DNA of 64,000 nucleotides from Euglena gracilis (Eukaryota): NCBI GenBank assembly GCA_039621445.1, contig CP154954.1, positions 19,144,642 to 19,208,641 of the forward strand, read 5' to 3'. Shown piece by piece: positions 14,220 to 26,660 of this stretch (position 1 is its first letter; each line of letters starts with the position of its first letter). The notes under the pieces were generated by a model. It saw only the letters and a program-made list of their open reading frames with translations, ran no database searches and was not told where the DNA came from. The position numbers and the translations under genes were made by a program.

Positions 14220-14930
14220 TACCCCCCCCCCTTGTCTAAGCACCGGAAAAGATGGGTAAGAACGGGGGGATGGTGCTTATTTTGCCAAAATATGGGTAAG
14301 AACAGGGGGGGGGGGGAATGCAACTTGGCTCTTCAAATTATGCAAGTCAAAAAAAAATGCAAAAAATGCAAAAAAAAATTGCAACTTGCATGAAAACCTT
14401 GAGAAAAAGCTGGAATATGAAAGAGCTTTGCTGCCTAAAATCAAAAAAAATTTCCAGGGCAAAATATTTTATGTACAAAATGCAAAAAAAAAAGAAAAAA
14501 AATCCAAACATACGGCAACCAACTACAAAATTTTTTTCCAGAGCAAACTATTTTATGCAAAAAAAATGCAAAAAAATGCAAAAAAAATGCAAATTTCGGG
14601 AAAACCTGATTATGCAAAAAAAATGCAAATTATGCAAGTTGCATTCCCCCCCCCCCTTGGTAAGAACCAGGGGGGTGGTGCTTAGACAAGGTGGAAAAAT
14701 TTGACTGCAAAAAAAAATCCGGCGCTTCGCGCCAAAAAGGAAAAATTTACCTAATTTTGGAGGTCCACTGTTGAACTTACACACATTTGGATGCAGAAAT
14801 CAACAATACCTCACCAAATCAGGTCTCAGAAGTTGCAGAAATTTCGAAATTTTTCAGATATTTCCCTTAAAATGCGATGACCTTTAAAAAGATGGGTAAG
14901 AACCGGGGGGGTGCTTAGACAAGGGTGGTA
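14220..14930. mobile_element. MITE with TACC...GGTA ends and CCTTGTCTAAGCACC/GGTGCTTAGACAAGG inverted repeats
   Basis: Shares long blocks with 56177-56575; this copy has an additional A-rich TGCAAAA insert. Confidence 0.75.
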
Positions 14931-15676
14931 TGTTTGGGGGGTATCCCGGGTGCGGGCCTCAAAATAACGACTCCCTTGTGTTTCAGATACACTTTGGGGG
15001 GCTAATGCCTCTTGTTTCTCAACTCTTCGATCAACGATCAACGACCACATATGTGGTCCGATGATTATTATATTTTTCAGGAAAGTACAATCACTGAAAA
15101 TAAAAGGTCTGTGGAGCGTGGCTGCACGTGGGGGCCCATGGCACCCAAGCAAAAAAACCCAAAACCTTGGGTCTTTCTGCTTGATAACACGTTTTTGTTG
15201 ATGCACAAAAATGATGATTTGTTGCACGTGAAAACCCAGAAAAAGGACCTTATTCATTCATGCCCAGCTACAATTTGGTTTCCTAATTGCCACTTCCTTC
15301 TTGTGAGTGAGGAGGGCCGGTGGCAGAAAAGAGACGAGCAGCAAGAAAGAAAGGCAAATACTCGGATGAGCTTCACAGGGGAAGCAGGAGAAGGGGTGTG
15401 TGCCAATGACGCGGTGTGTGAACAAAACGGTGTTATGAGCGGATAGTACAGCGAAGCTCCAAAAACATACAGACACAGCGTGGGAGAGAAAAAACACGAA
15501 CAGGTGGCAAACATGGGGCGCCGAACCGTTGGACAAACATACCTCCAGAAGCACAATCTTATTTCAAAAGACTATTTCCAGGAATTTCCAGCATGATGCA
15601 ATTGTGAAGAAAGAAAACACATCACAAAAGTTTAATTGCCCTCAAAATAAACTCAACATGATTTATCATTTCAACT

Positions 15677-16095
15677 TACCCCCCCCCCCCAATGTCCAAT
15701 GACCGGTAACCTCTGTCCTCTGACCGGGGGGGGGGGGTGGTCGTTGGACATAGGGTAGTGACCAAAAAGGTGTCCTCTGACCGGGGGGGGGGTGGTCGTT
15801 GGACATGGGGTCAAAAGAAAGTTAGTGGGTACCCGGGTCCCTACCCACCAAAAATGACCAAATTTTCCCTTCCGGCGCTTTGCGCCGAAAATTTTGGGCA
15901 ATTTTGACAAATTTTTGTCCAAAAAGTGTCAAAAATGGAAGTTTGGCGAAACTTTTGGCATTTTTTGGGCAAAATTTTTCGTCCCGGCGCTTCACACCGG
16001 GACCAAAAATTTGATAAAACCTCCGAAAAGGTGTCCTCTGACCGGGGGGAAGGTCATTGGACATAGGGGGGTTGTTGGACATAGGGGGGGGGGTA
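15677..16095. mobile_element. MITE with TACCCCC..ATGTCCAA / TTGGACAT..GGGGTA ends
   Basis: Terminal inverted repeat plus internal repeats TGTCCTCTGACCGG and TTGGACAT. Confidence 0.65.
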
Positions 16096-16704
16096 GTTCA
16101 TTATTTGGGCATCCGAATCCAGCAGCCAGAGTTTACCATTCTGCAGGGTATAATTGAACCGAAAAAGGGGACAATAAGCTCTTCTACAGCTCTTAGACAG
16201 AAAACCAATATTAGCGGAAACGGAAATTTCAGCAAATTCCATCGATGAATTGCTTTTTTAACTTGGGTTGGGTTGTTGTGTTTCCCTTTTCTTGATGGCT
16301 AAACCTTTTATCCCCAACACAAGAGAGAAACAGTGGCCACATCGTACGGAAGCCCAAAATCCAGATTGTTATATCTCAGCGATGCCCCCCAGCAGAGAGG
16401 GTCTGCCGCCTGCGCAGTGCCAGCCCGCCGTGCCTGCTGTGGGGTTAATCCCAGACAGAGGCAAACAGCCGAGGGCAAAAGGTGTGCAAAGGGGAAAAGA
16501 CACGGAACGATTATGATGGAGACTTGAGAAGGGGCATTTTGGGAGGCAGTTAAGCCGATGGAGCAGGCGAGTCAATTGCCGCATGGGGTTTGTGGACAGC
16601 AGAATGGATTGAATCCCTCCCTCTCTGCCCGCCAACACCACTCATTTCCCACAGGCTTTAGACCTCTGGCTTCTCCAGCACATTCATATACCCTGTGTGC
16701 CTCC

Positions 16705-16983
16705 CGGGCTTGTGCTTAGTCGGGGTGCTAGGGGCAGGCACCCCATAGCACCCGATCCGACCCCCCTTGGGGGGGGTAGGGTTTTTTGGGGGTGCCTGCC
16801 CCTAGCAGGCACCCCCCTCCGACCCCGGTGCCTTCGGCGCCGGGGGCCCGGAAAAGCCCATTTTCAATGAAAATTTTCTGGGTCCCCCGGACCCCTATCC
16901 CCCCCCCCGGGGGGTGCCTGCTAGGGGCAGGCACCCTATAGCACCCACCCCCCTCCCCCCCCCGGTCGGTAAGCACAAGCACG
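16705..16983. mobile_element. hAT-like MITE, family 2
   Basis: CGGGCTTGTGCTTA...TAAGCACAAGCACG; TSD GTGCCTCC/GTGCCTTG (6/8). Partial relatives near 1150-1420, 10407-10540, 21852-22150 and 33650-33800. Confidence 0.8.
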
Positions 16984-18133
16984 GTGCCTTGTAACCTTTT
17001 GAGTACATTCATTGCTTACATTCTGAAGAGCAGAAACTTTGGACGTCGTCGGTTGGTGTTAAGTTGCTGCTGGCTTGTTTGAATGGCTTTCTCTGAAAAC
17101 TTGGAGAGACAAAAAAAGCAGGAGAAACATTACATACAAAATAAGGCAAAGGAGTTTCTTTCCAAATTTTTCAGGAGTAGAAAAATATCATCGATGCATA
17201 TGGCAGGGATTTTTCTTAAGGTCTCCGGGGAGCTGGCAGGGTTGAAAATGGTGCTGGCTGGAAAACAAAAGCGTTGGCTGGACCCCCCACCCTCCAGGGA
17301 GCGGTCCAGGGGCTACCGGGCTAGACCTGGCTGCCACCTGAAAACAGCCAAAGAAAAGCCCTGGGTTGGACTTGTTTTGGGCAAAATTTTGAGGCGAACC
17401 CCCCCAAAATACCAAAAATGGCCAACTTTGGCCATTTTGACCACCCCTTCAAGAGCCGTCGGCGCTTAACGACGAAATTTTCTCGGTCTAGCCGGCTTCG
17501 CCGGGCTGGAAGAACCTTGTTTCCGCTCAACACCCGGAGGGGAGAGTCCACACCCTGGCTGGGAGCCGCTGGCAATTTCGGGGAGGGTGTGCGCCTATTT
17601 TCACTGATTTCCGGCATCGGGTTAGGGTTGGGACTGGCGTGCCAAAAATAGGTATATATGTGAGAAAATTTATGTGTCTCTGTCAATTTATATGTATGTG
17701 TGTACATGTATGTATTTTTGCAATCTCCTGCAACGTTCAAAGAAACAAAACACTCACATATCAACAACATACATACACAGGTTTGTGGGAATGCATTGGG
17801 ATACATATGCCAATATGCACAATGACACGTACAAAACAATTTGAGTATAAAATGCGTATGCAAATGGACAGTTGTGGCTCGGAGGCACGCAAACACACAC
17901 ACAGACACATCACATATCATGCAGACAAAGAAATACAATACAAATGCACATGCAAATGCAAAAGAATTTGGCATCAAACTAATGACCCCCCCACTGTCGG
18001 GTTGGCCAGTACCGAGGACCCTGACTTCCCATCAGGACAGGTTGGCCGGTACTGGGTCCCTGACAACTTCCAGGGATGGACCCAAGGGGGGGGGGGGTTG
18101 GTTCCAAAAGAAAACAAACCCGAAGGATGGCAG

Positions 18134-21100
18134 CTAAACGCACTTAACTTCGAACTGCATCTTGATGTGAATCTTCACTCTTGTGGTAGGGGACGGCAAG
18201 GTCTCTGTGCGGGTCACCACAAAGCCAAGGTTACACAAGAGCAGGAGGGCCCTGCTCCTTGCGAAATTAATACAAGGGAGGGAGGGTGGGTGGGTGAAAA
18301 AAAGAGGACTGAAACAGAAAAATCTACTGTGAGAAGGGGGGGGGTATATTCAACAAGGCTCCTCAAAATATGTAACGCAAAAAAAAATGCAAAAAAATAA
18401 AAATATTCAAAAAATGCGACTTTCACAAATTCTTCATTCCGCAAAAAAATGCAAAATGCAAAAAAATAAAAAATTTCAAGAATTTCAATTATGCAAAAAA
18501 CCCTCAAAATTATTCAATTAGACATTATATCATGACCCACAAAAAATGCAAATAATGCACCTTGCCTGAGCCTTTGCTGTGATATACCCCTTGGCATGGC
18601 ATTCCACCTCACACAGGGCCAGCCTGGGTGGCAGCAGGATCTCGCGCTCGTTGGGGAAGGCGCTCACCCCATCCAGGTGGACCAGCTTGTTGCAGAACGT
18701 CCGCGGGACGGTGATGACGAAGAGGTGGACCCCGAAGATGACGGCGCTGTCTTGGAGGCTGGTGGAGGTGAAGCCGGACCAGATGAAACGCTGCGGCGTC
18801 AGGGGGGTCGAGAGACGACCGTGGCTTGCATCCTCCCCCGTCCACGAGACATCCGAGAGACCACAGAATAGAATTTCCTAACACCCCCCCCCCCCAAAAT
18901 ATAACACCCCAGGACTTGGGGGGAGGTGATTAGACCCTCCTGAAACTGCGAAAATGCTCCCAAAATGGGTGATTTTAAACATTTTCGAGTTTTGCCGATG
19001 TTGCATTTTCGAGTTTTGGCACCTTTTGAGGCCATTTTCATTTCATTTACAAAAATCGTGACTTTGCAATTATTTTTGGACCCTCTGGGGGGGTTTCGGT
19101 CAAAAATTTCAGCAAAAATCCAAAAAGTAGACCCCCCAAAATAAGACCCCCCTTAAGTCTTGTCTTTGGGGGGCATTACTCATTCGAGCCGATCTTTGGT
19201 CAAAAACCTAAGCGAGGGGGTTCTACCTGGGTCCTTTTTAATAAGCTTAAAACTGTTTTCCCAGTTCTTGCAGGCCTAGAGGAAAAAAATATTGATTGAC
19301 GACGCCAAACAAATACTTCAAAAGGTGAGTTCTGATTCTATATTCACTCTGGGACATTGGGGGGTGAGGGTGGTTTTTCCCAAGACAAGACACCTGGTGC
19401 ACACCACCCGGGAGCAGGGTGTATGGGAAAGCCTGGTGGGGAGATTGGACCCCCCCCCCCAAGGTCACCACTCACCATAGCATTTGAAGGATAAAATTCA
19501 GTTGCCCCCCTGGCCTTTTCCACGTACAGCTGCAGGTGGTTGGGCTGTAACGTGGTGCGGCGGTACAGCGTGATGGACTGGTCGGCCGGCTGGAGCAGGG
19601 TCGTCAACAGCAGGTCCCAGCATGGGCCCCGCCACGATGCCCGAGAGGTCTCCCGGCTCACACAGCAGCGAGCATCTGGCGTCGCACCACCTCAGGAGCC
19701 ACCTCCTTGGAAATGGGGGATACGGTGCAGGGAATTTCTTAAGGACCCCACAGGGGGGGTCCAGCCTCTGGCTGGCAAAAAGGCTGCTGGCCGGAAATGA
19801 GCTGCTGGCTGGACCCCCCCGGGGGGGGGGGTAGGGGGGAGGGGGCTGGGCTGGGCTGGGTCGATGAAAAACAAAAATTTCTGAAACATTTTTTTTTGCC
19901 ATTTTCGACATCTTGATGGATGGAACTAAATCAAGGCTGGGGGGCTGTGATGGAAGAAGGTGCGATGAGGGGGAAAAATGCATGGATAGGTGAGCTGGGC
20001 AGCCCAGTTGGCTGGCCAGCCTGCGGCCAGCTGGCCCGGCCTCCCGGGGGGGGGGGGGGGCGCCCAGCCCGAATTTGGGCTGCTGGCCGGATTTGAGCTG
20101 CTGGCTGGCTGGAACCCCCCCGGGGGGGGGGGTAGGGTACCCTCCGGCTTAAGAAATTCCCTGATACGGTGTGTACCGGTGAGAAAGGGGGCAGGGGAGA
20201 AAGAGAGCAGAACATCAAAACATTCAACTTCGATTAACTTGGAACCTTTTGTTTGCTTCAAAAAAACAAAGACCAATTTTCAAAAAAAAAATGGTCGTAG
20301 ATGTCCCCATCCCAGCCCACCCCCAAATACCCCCTCCACCGGGAAACTGTCAGTTGCCAGGTCAAAAAGTGGGTAAGGTGGGGGAGGGGTTATTTTGCAA
20401 AACACGGGTAAAGACCAGGGGTGGAAAAACTGCAACAAAAAAAACTGATGCCTCATCGAAAAAAGAAAAAAATTCTCATCACTCTTCGAGATTGATCGCA
20501 GCAGCAGAGCCCATAACGTTGCATCGCGGCATCGACAACACCGATGCTCCCGTGGTCAGGGGTTTTCTTAAGGACCCCAGTGGGAGGTTCCATAGGCTGG
20601 CTGGACAAAACGAGCTGGTTGGACCCCCCTGGGTGGTCCGTAGTTGGGTGGGGTCCAGCCGGCTGGCAGCTGGACCCGGCAGGGGATGCGCAAAAATGTG
20701 CATTTAATGTGTGTTTTTGTTTTGAAAAAATGTGCAAAATGCTCAAAATTTGAGAAAAAAGGTGCAAAAATAAAAAAAATGAAAAATGCCCCCCCCCCCA
20801 AATATGCAAAAGGCACCAAATTTGCAACAATTATATGGAATTTTGAGGAAAGTGTCAGTTGCAAAAAAAAATCCCAGCTGGGACCAAACGTCGAAAAAAA
20901 TTCAAACCCAAATCCCCCTAAAAATGCCATTTTTTGACCATTTTGCCCTCCTTTGTTTGGCACTTTGTGCTGAAAATTTCGGCCCAGCCCAGCTTCGCCA
21001 GCCAGAACCTCAGCCAGCCAGCCAGCACCTTTTTCCAGCCAACAGGTCCCAGCTGGGCTGCGGACCTGTTGCAGACCCAAAGAAATTGAGGCAGGGACAC

Positions 21101-23260
21101 CAGAATGTTATTCATTTACAGGAGAAGCGGAAAAGACACCAAAATGCTGCAGTTTCTTTCGCCCCCACCAAATTATCAGTACCAGGAGAATATGAGAATA
21201 TGAGAATTTGAATATGAGAAGACTCAGGGGAGCGGACTCCATAACAGTGGATCCGAGAAACACATCCCATTTCAGCCAAAAGACACTCAGGTGAAAAGAT
21301 ACCATTGCTCGAATCATCAATGCTCAAACAGGTAAGCACAGTGCAAAAATCCCAATGAAATCAGAGCAGTGTAAAGGTGGGGGGCAGGTTTCGGGCCGAA
21401 AAAAAACCCCCAAAATGGCCAAAAGTGCCATTTTGGGATCTTTTTGGGCAAAAAAATGTCAAAAAGTACTTCCAAAAGGTGTCCCCCCGAGAGAACCCTC
21501 GGGGGGGGGGAGTGACAGAGTGGTCAAAGGGGGGAAAAGCAGGTCGCATCCGTGACCCCCACCAACAGGGCCTTGATGAAGGGCATGAAACAGGCCAGGT
21601 CCTCTTTGTTGTCGCGGGCATTGGCTGCTTTTGCAGGCGACTTAGTCTGCCCGCCATCCGTCGGTTAAAAGGGAATTCCGGCTGTTCGGGAGACCAGTGG
21701 TATTTCCCCAAGCTGTTTCATCTTCCTCTACCCAGCACCTGCTTCACACTCCTGGGAAACGTTCACGTGTTTCGGCCAGTATGGGGACCCGGACAACCTT
21801 TTATCGTAGCAGGTTGGGATCAGTCATGCCGAGAACCTGCGTGGGCCCCGACCAGGCTGTTTTTTTTTACCAACCTCAGGGGGGGGGAGGGGGGGTCCGG
21901 AGTGCCTATGAGTGCCTGCCCAGGCAGGCACCCCCCCCGGGGGGGGGGGCGATTTCGGCCTGTGCCCAGGCACATTCCTTTGAAAATAGGCCATTTTTGG
22001 CTCCCCGGCGTCTTCGGGGTCTGTGCCAGGGCACTTTTGGCCGTGTGCCCCCCCCCCCCGGGGGTCGGATTTGGAGTGCCTTGGGGTGCCTGCTCAGGCA
22101 GGCACCCCCCCCCCCGGGGTGGGGTCGGCACCCGACTAAAATACGGCCTCCCCGACTGGGAAACTGTCATGGTAGACTGGTACTGTCCAACCAGTCAGAA
22201 CAGAAATAGGAAATTGTCAGGTCCCTAATATCGGCCAACTGTGAAATGCCCAACCCAGTGTTCTATCAGGGTCAGGAAAGGGAAGGTTTACCGCCGGGGA
22301 GATAATTACAACTTCTATAAGAACCTGATTCAGGGGGTTTTCATATAGAAGAGATTATCGTCTTATGGTCCGAGTTGGCAGAAGCCAACTATTGAACATT
22401 TCTGGGCACTTTAAGGAGAATTGATTGGTGGTTTGGTACCCCCCGGACAATTGTCGCGTGACAAATTGGGCAGCACGGAGGGGGGTGACAATTTCCGGGG
22501 TGACAATTTGGCCGGCACAGAGGGGGGTGACAATTGCCCTGGGGCGTCAATTGCCCGGGGGCGTCAATTGCCCAGGGGTGTCAATTGCCCGGGGGGGGGG
22601 GCGCAGGTGTGGAAATATTTGCTGAAACTTGACCACTTTTGCGAAAAATGCACACAAAACTTGGACAAAAGGAAAGAAAAAAAAACTGCAATAAAATTTG
22701 GAAAAATAATAACTTCTGTGTTCCATCAAACTTGGATTCAAAATGCACTGTGCTCCTCTGATGATCTGATGTTTAATGCCATGATAATCAATGGCGGTAC
22801 AATATCCCCTCTTTCCCTCCCCTGTTCTGGAATTACAGATAATTCAGTGCGCATTACCAGGGTACAACGATTTTGAACAGGTGATTAAAATAATAAATAC
22901 CGTTTCCCCAAGGATCAACAGAAAGCGCCAAAAGAAAAAATTGGACATTCGCGAAACGAAATGAAATTTCACTTACAATTGCTCAACAATTCCTGGATAA
23001 AATTTTATCCAAATATCTCCTGTTCTAGTCACCCCCCTCCGCCTGCCCTGTTCCTGTGGCTTGCCATCTGCTGTGAGCCCCCAGGGTCCAACACCATCCA
23101 CAAAGGAAACCAGCCCATGCTCCTCCCGGCAGGCGCGGTTGCACTCCTGGTACACCCACGACTCCAGGCTGTACAACCACAACAGGGCCTTCGTGATCTG
23201 GTTGGGGTCCCCGCTGGACACCAGGCAGAGCCGGAAACTGTTCAACGTACTTAAAACCAC
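18134..23260 (-). CDS. Gene B ADP-ribosyltransferase domain exons
   Basis: VVLSTLNSFRLCLVSSGDPNQITKALLWLYSLESWVYQECNRACREEH|ARDNKEDLACFMPFIKALLVGVTDA|MPRCN|DLLLTTLLQPADQSITLYRRTTLQPNHLQLYVEK|QRFIWSGFTSTSLQDSAVIFGVHLFVITVPRTFCNKLVHLDGVSAFPNEREILLP|CNLGFVVTRTETLPSPTTRVKIHIKMQFEVKCV*. R / S-T-S / E-x-E triad present; collinear with gene A. Confidence 0.9.
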
Positions 23261-26184
23261 CTGCCCTCCCCGCCCCTATGTCCAACGACTGGTAAACCCC
23301 CTCAAATAATACCCCCTGGGGTATTATGTTTTCGCCTGAAGTCCTGGCCCGAGGGGGGGGTATTATTGGGGGGGGATTATTTCCCAAAAATTTCGAAATT
23401 TTTTGAAGTTCCGTAGGAGCAAAAATAGCGCCAAAACTCCCCTTTGGGTCATTTTTTGGACTTTCTCATGAAATTTAGCTTTTTTTTGGAGGCCAGATGA
23501 TCCAGATTTTTTTACATAATTTGGTGTAAGAGATTGTGAGTTTATCTACATTTTCAGGTCAAAAATTTGGGCCTTCGGCCCAAAACCGTGGGGGGGGGTA
23601 TTATTTCGGCGGCCGAAGTCGGACCCCGAGGGGGGGGTATTATTTGGGGGGAGGTTTACCCTCTATCTAACCGGGGGGGCATTAGACAAGGTACCTGGAG
23701 CCCCCCCCCCCAAAAGGTGGAAATTATCCTTCCGGCAATTTGGGCCGAAAATTTTGGGCAATTATGACTTTTTTTTGCCCAGATGCACAGCACTTTAACC
23801 TATTTTTGGCCAATTCTTGGACAATTTTGCTGGAACAGACAAATTCAGTTCCCTCTGAGAAACAGAGTTTAAAGCCCCAAAATAACGGATTGCCATCAAG
23901 ATTACCCTCAGCATCAAGTGAGTACACCACCACACGGACAAGGGCATGATTTTTGCCTTCCATTCAATAAATTCCGTCACATTCATAAATTAGCCCAAAA
24001 TTCTTGGCAACCGTAGTATTCATAGACCAAAATTGAGAGGAGGGCTGCGTACTCCCAGGGTTGGACCCACCGTGGGCTGTGTGGGAAGGTGAGCTTCGTA
24101 ATGGAAAATTCTTCCTTCAAAAGGTCGGAGGCGCCGCAGGAAAATTTTAACTAAAAATTGGCACATCTGATGAAAGTAGGGGACCCTCATGGAATTTCCA
24201 GGATTCCTGTTCAGCCTTGCCACCACGATCAAAGAGGGTGGGTCCACTTTAACCCAGACATATGTGGAACAGGCATTTTTTTTAAGACCGGGGGGGAGGG
24301 GCCCCCCCCCACCCACCTACCTCCTGGCCCCCCCCCCCCGGTGGGGTCCCGGGGGACCCACAAAAAAAATGGCCGAAAAGTATCGAAAAGTGCCAAAAAT
24401 AGCACTCTTTCGGCGCCTTCGGCGCCGAAAAGTATATCCCACCCCCCTCCGGGGGAACCCCCCCGGGGGGGGGGGGGGGCTCAGCCGGACCCCCCCCCCC
24501 CGGGGTCCACGACGAAAAAAACCCTGATGTGGAACTCTTCTGGTGTCCTTGAAAATTTTTGTGGCAGGACAAGCAGAAAACAAAATGGCGAGGTACCTCA
24601 TCATGCTCTGAAAACACTCCACACCGCTTTGCCTGGGCCATGGTGTTGCAGGCGGTTGCTGAAGCCCTCGACGTCCGGGGAGCCCAGCCCTTTTCGCTCA
24701 GCATACTCCAGGGCCGGAGCTGCGTGACCCAGGGGTTTGTTTCACTTCCTCTTGTATTTCCACGCAGAATTAAACAGCAGAGCAGAACTGTTTCCACACA
24801 GTTAATGGACACTGCAAGCAAGATAATGCCTTGATTCCGGGTCAGGTGAAACCCCCTGACCAGGCCTTTTTTTTTAAGCGCCTTACTTCCCCCCCCCCCC
24901 CCCGGCGCTTGGCCCGGGTCATGATTGAAGGTAAAGCCAGGGGGGCAACCTTAGACAGGGGGGGGGGGAGGTGAGAAGCATTACATTCCAGGAAGGATGA
25001 CGAGACAACGATGGACCGCCAGCACACAGCCGAGGAATGGTGATTGCTGCCCATGAGATGCAGCCTGGGGGGCAAACCACATGTGGAGCAAAAGGCGAAG
25101 CCTCCCATGCCAGAAACGGCCACCCAAACCCGTTCCAAAGGTTCATGAACACATCGTCTCGGCTGTAGTTAATCGAATGGACAAGATCAAGGAAATTGGC
25201 CCCAACCTGAGTAATGGGAATGGAGGCCCTTCGTGAGAAGAAATGAGCAATCTGCTAATGTCGGCGGGTTGGAATTTTGGGCAACAACTTCCAGAGGAGG
25301 CACTCTCAGGACTTTTTAATGGGAAAAATCAGACCGTGTTGGCCGAAGGTGACACATTCTGGGGCAGGGGTTCAAAAACAGAAATGGTATGCACACAAAA
25401 ATGGGCGGAAATGGGCACAAAAAGGCGGCGGATCTGGCACTTAAAGATTTTCTCTTTGTCGACTTGTGAAATTGCACATACGACGATTTTTACAAAAAAC
25501 CTACCCCCCCCCCCCGGCGCTTGGCCCGGGCCATGATTGAAGGTAAAGCCAGGAGGTGAACCTCAGAGGGCCAAGATTGCATGTTAACAATCCAGGCGGC
25601 CATGCCAAAAGGCCAAAAGCCAACTTAGGGGCCAAGTTTGCATGTAAGGAGGAGGGGGGCAAGCGCCCAGGGGGGGGGGTAAACTTGCTGACCACCTCTG
25701 TCAGAGTTTTTTTTAATTTTCGGCTTTCTGTGATCTAGGCTCTAATTCACAGACGTTTCGAATTCATTTTTCCTGACTAAATTTGCATGTGTCCTTTGAA
25801 ATTGCCGGGTTTGGGTGTCCACTGGAATGAGAAACATAAGGTCAAAAGTGCGCGAAAAGCCTGGGAGGGAACCACCGCGGGCCGTGGCCGACTAAATAAG
25901 GAATGCCGCCCCGGGGAAAAAGTAGGGTTTAGGTACCGGAGTTTTGCTGTATTTTTTTGGGTTTTTTTCCCGCTTTCGGGGAGCTTGGTCATGGGGGTTT
26001 CGTGCCACTCCGACCCACCCACCCACCCACCCACCCACCCACCCACCCACCCACACCCCCCCACACCCACACACCCCCACGCACACACACGCACACACAC
26101 ACGCACACGCACACACGCACACACACAACACACACACACACACACACACACAACACACACACAACACACACCACACACACACAC

Positions 26185-26262
<78 letters not shown>

Positions 26263-26561
26263 AGGGGTTTTTTTTAAGACCGGGGGGGGGAGGGGGGGTC
26301 CCCCCCCCACCCCCCCACCCCCCTGGGGGGGGGCCCCCCCCAGGGGGGGGGAGGGGGTCCCGGGGGACCCACAAAAAATGGCCGAAAAATTGCGAAAAGT
26401 GCTAAAAATAGAATTTTTTCGGCGCCTGCGGCGCCGAAAAGTATATCCCACCCCCCTCCGGGGGGGACCCCCCCCGGGGGGGGGGAGGGGGTCCGGCGGA
26501 CCCACACACACCCTACCCCCCCCCTCCCCCCCCCGGGGGTCAAAAACTTAAAAAAATCCCT

Positions 26562-26660
<99 letters not shown>

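Noticed and set aside
17639-18400. 253-aa plus-strand ORF
   Set aside because: Low-complexity TA/CA sequence plus the antisense of gene B's last exon; no recognisable protein.
19470-19476. Canonical GTGAGT donor after ..PSNAM
   Set aside because: Absent in paralogue A; the phase-2 nonconventional junction at 19516 is shared by both genes, has an 8-bp stem and keeps frame.
21377-22228. 283-aa plus-strand ORF and the many Pro/Gly-rich ORFs across the window
   Set aside because: They run through G/C-homopolymer MITEs that lack stop codons by composition.
23101-23116. GT donor after EEHGL in gene B
   Set aside because: Paralogue A has AC at this position and no in-frame AG partner exists; the CAT|GGG...AAT|GCC junction fits both genes.
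24208-24264. Putative exon YVWVKVDPPSLIVVARL
   Set aside because: Its apparent CTG-N5 acceptor is the end and TSD of the MITE at 24270; no independent support.
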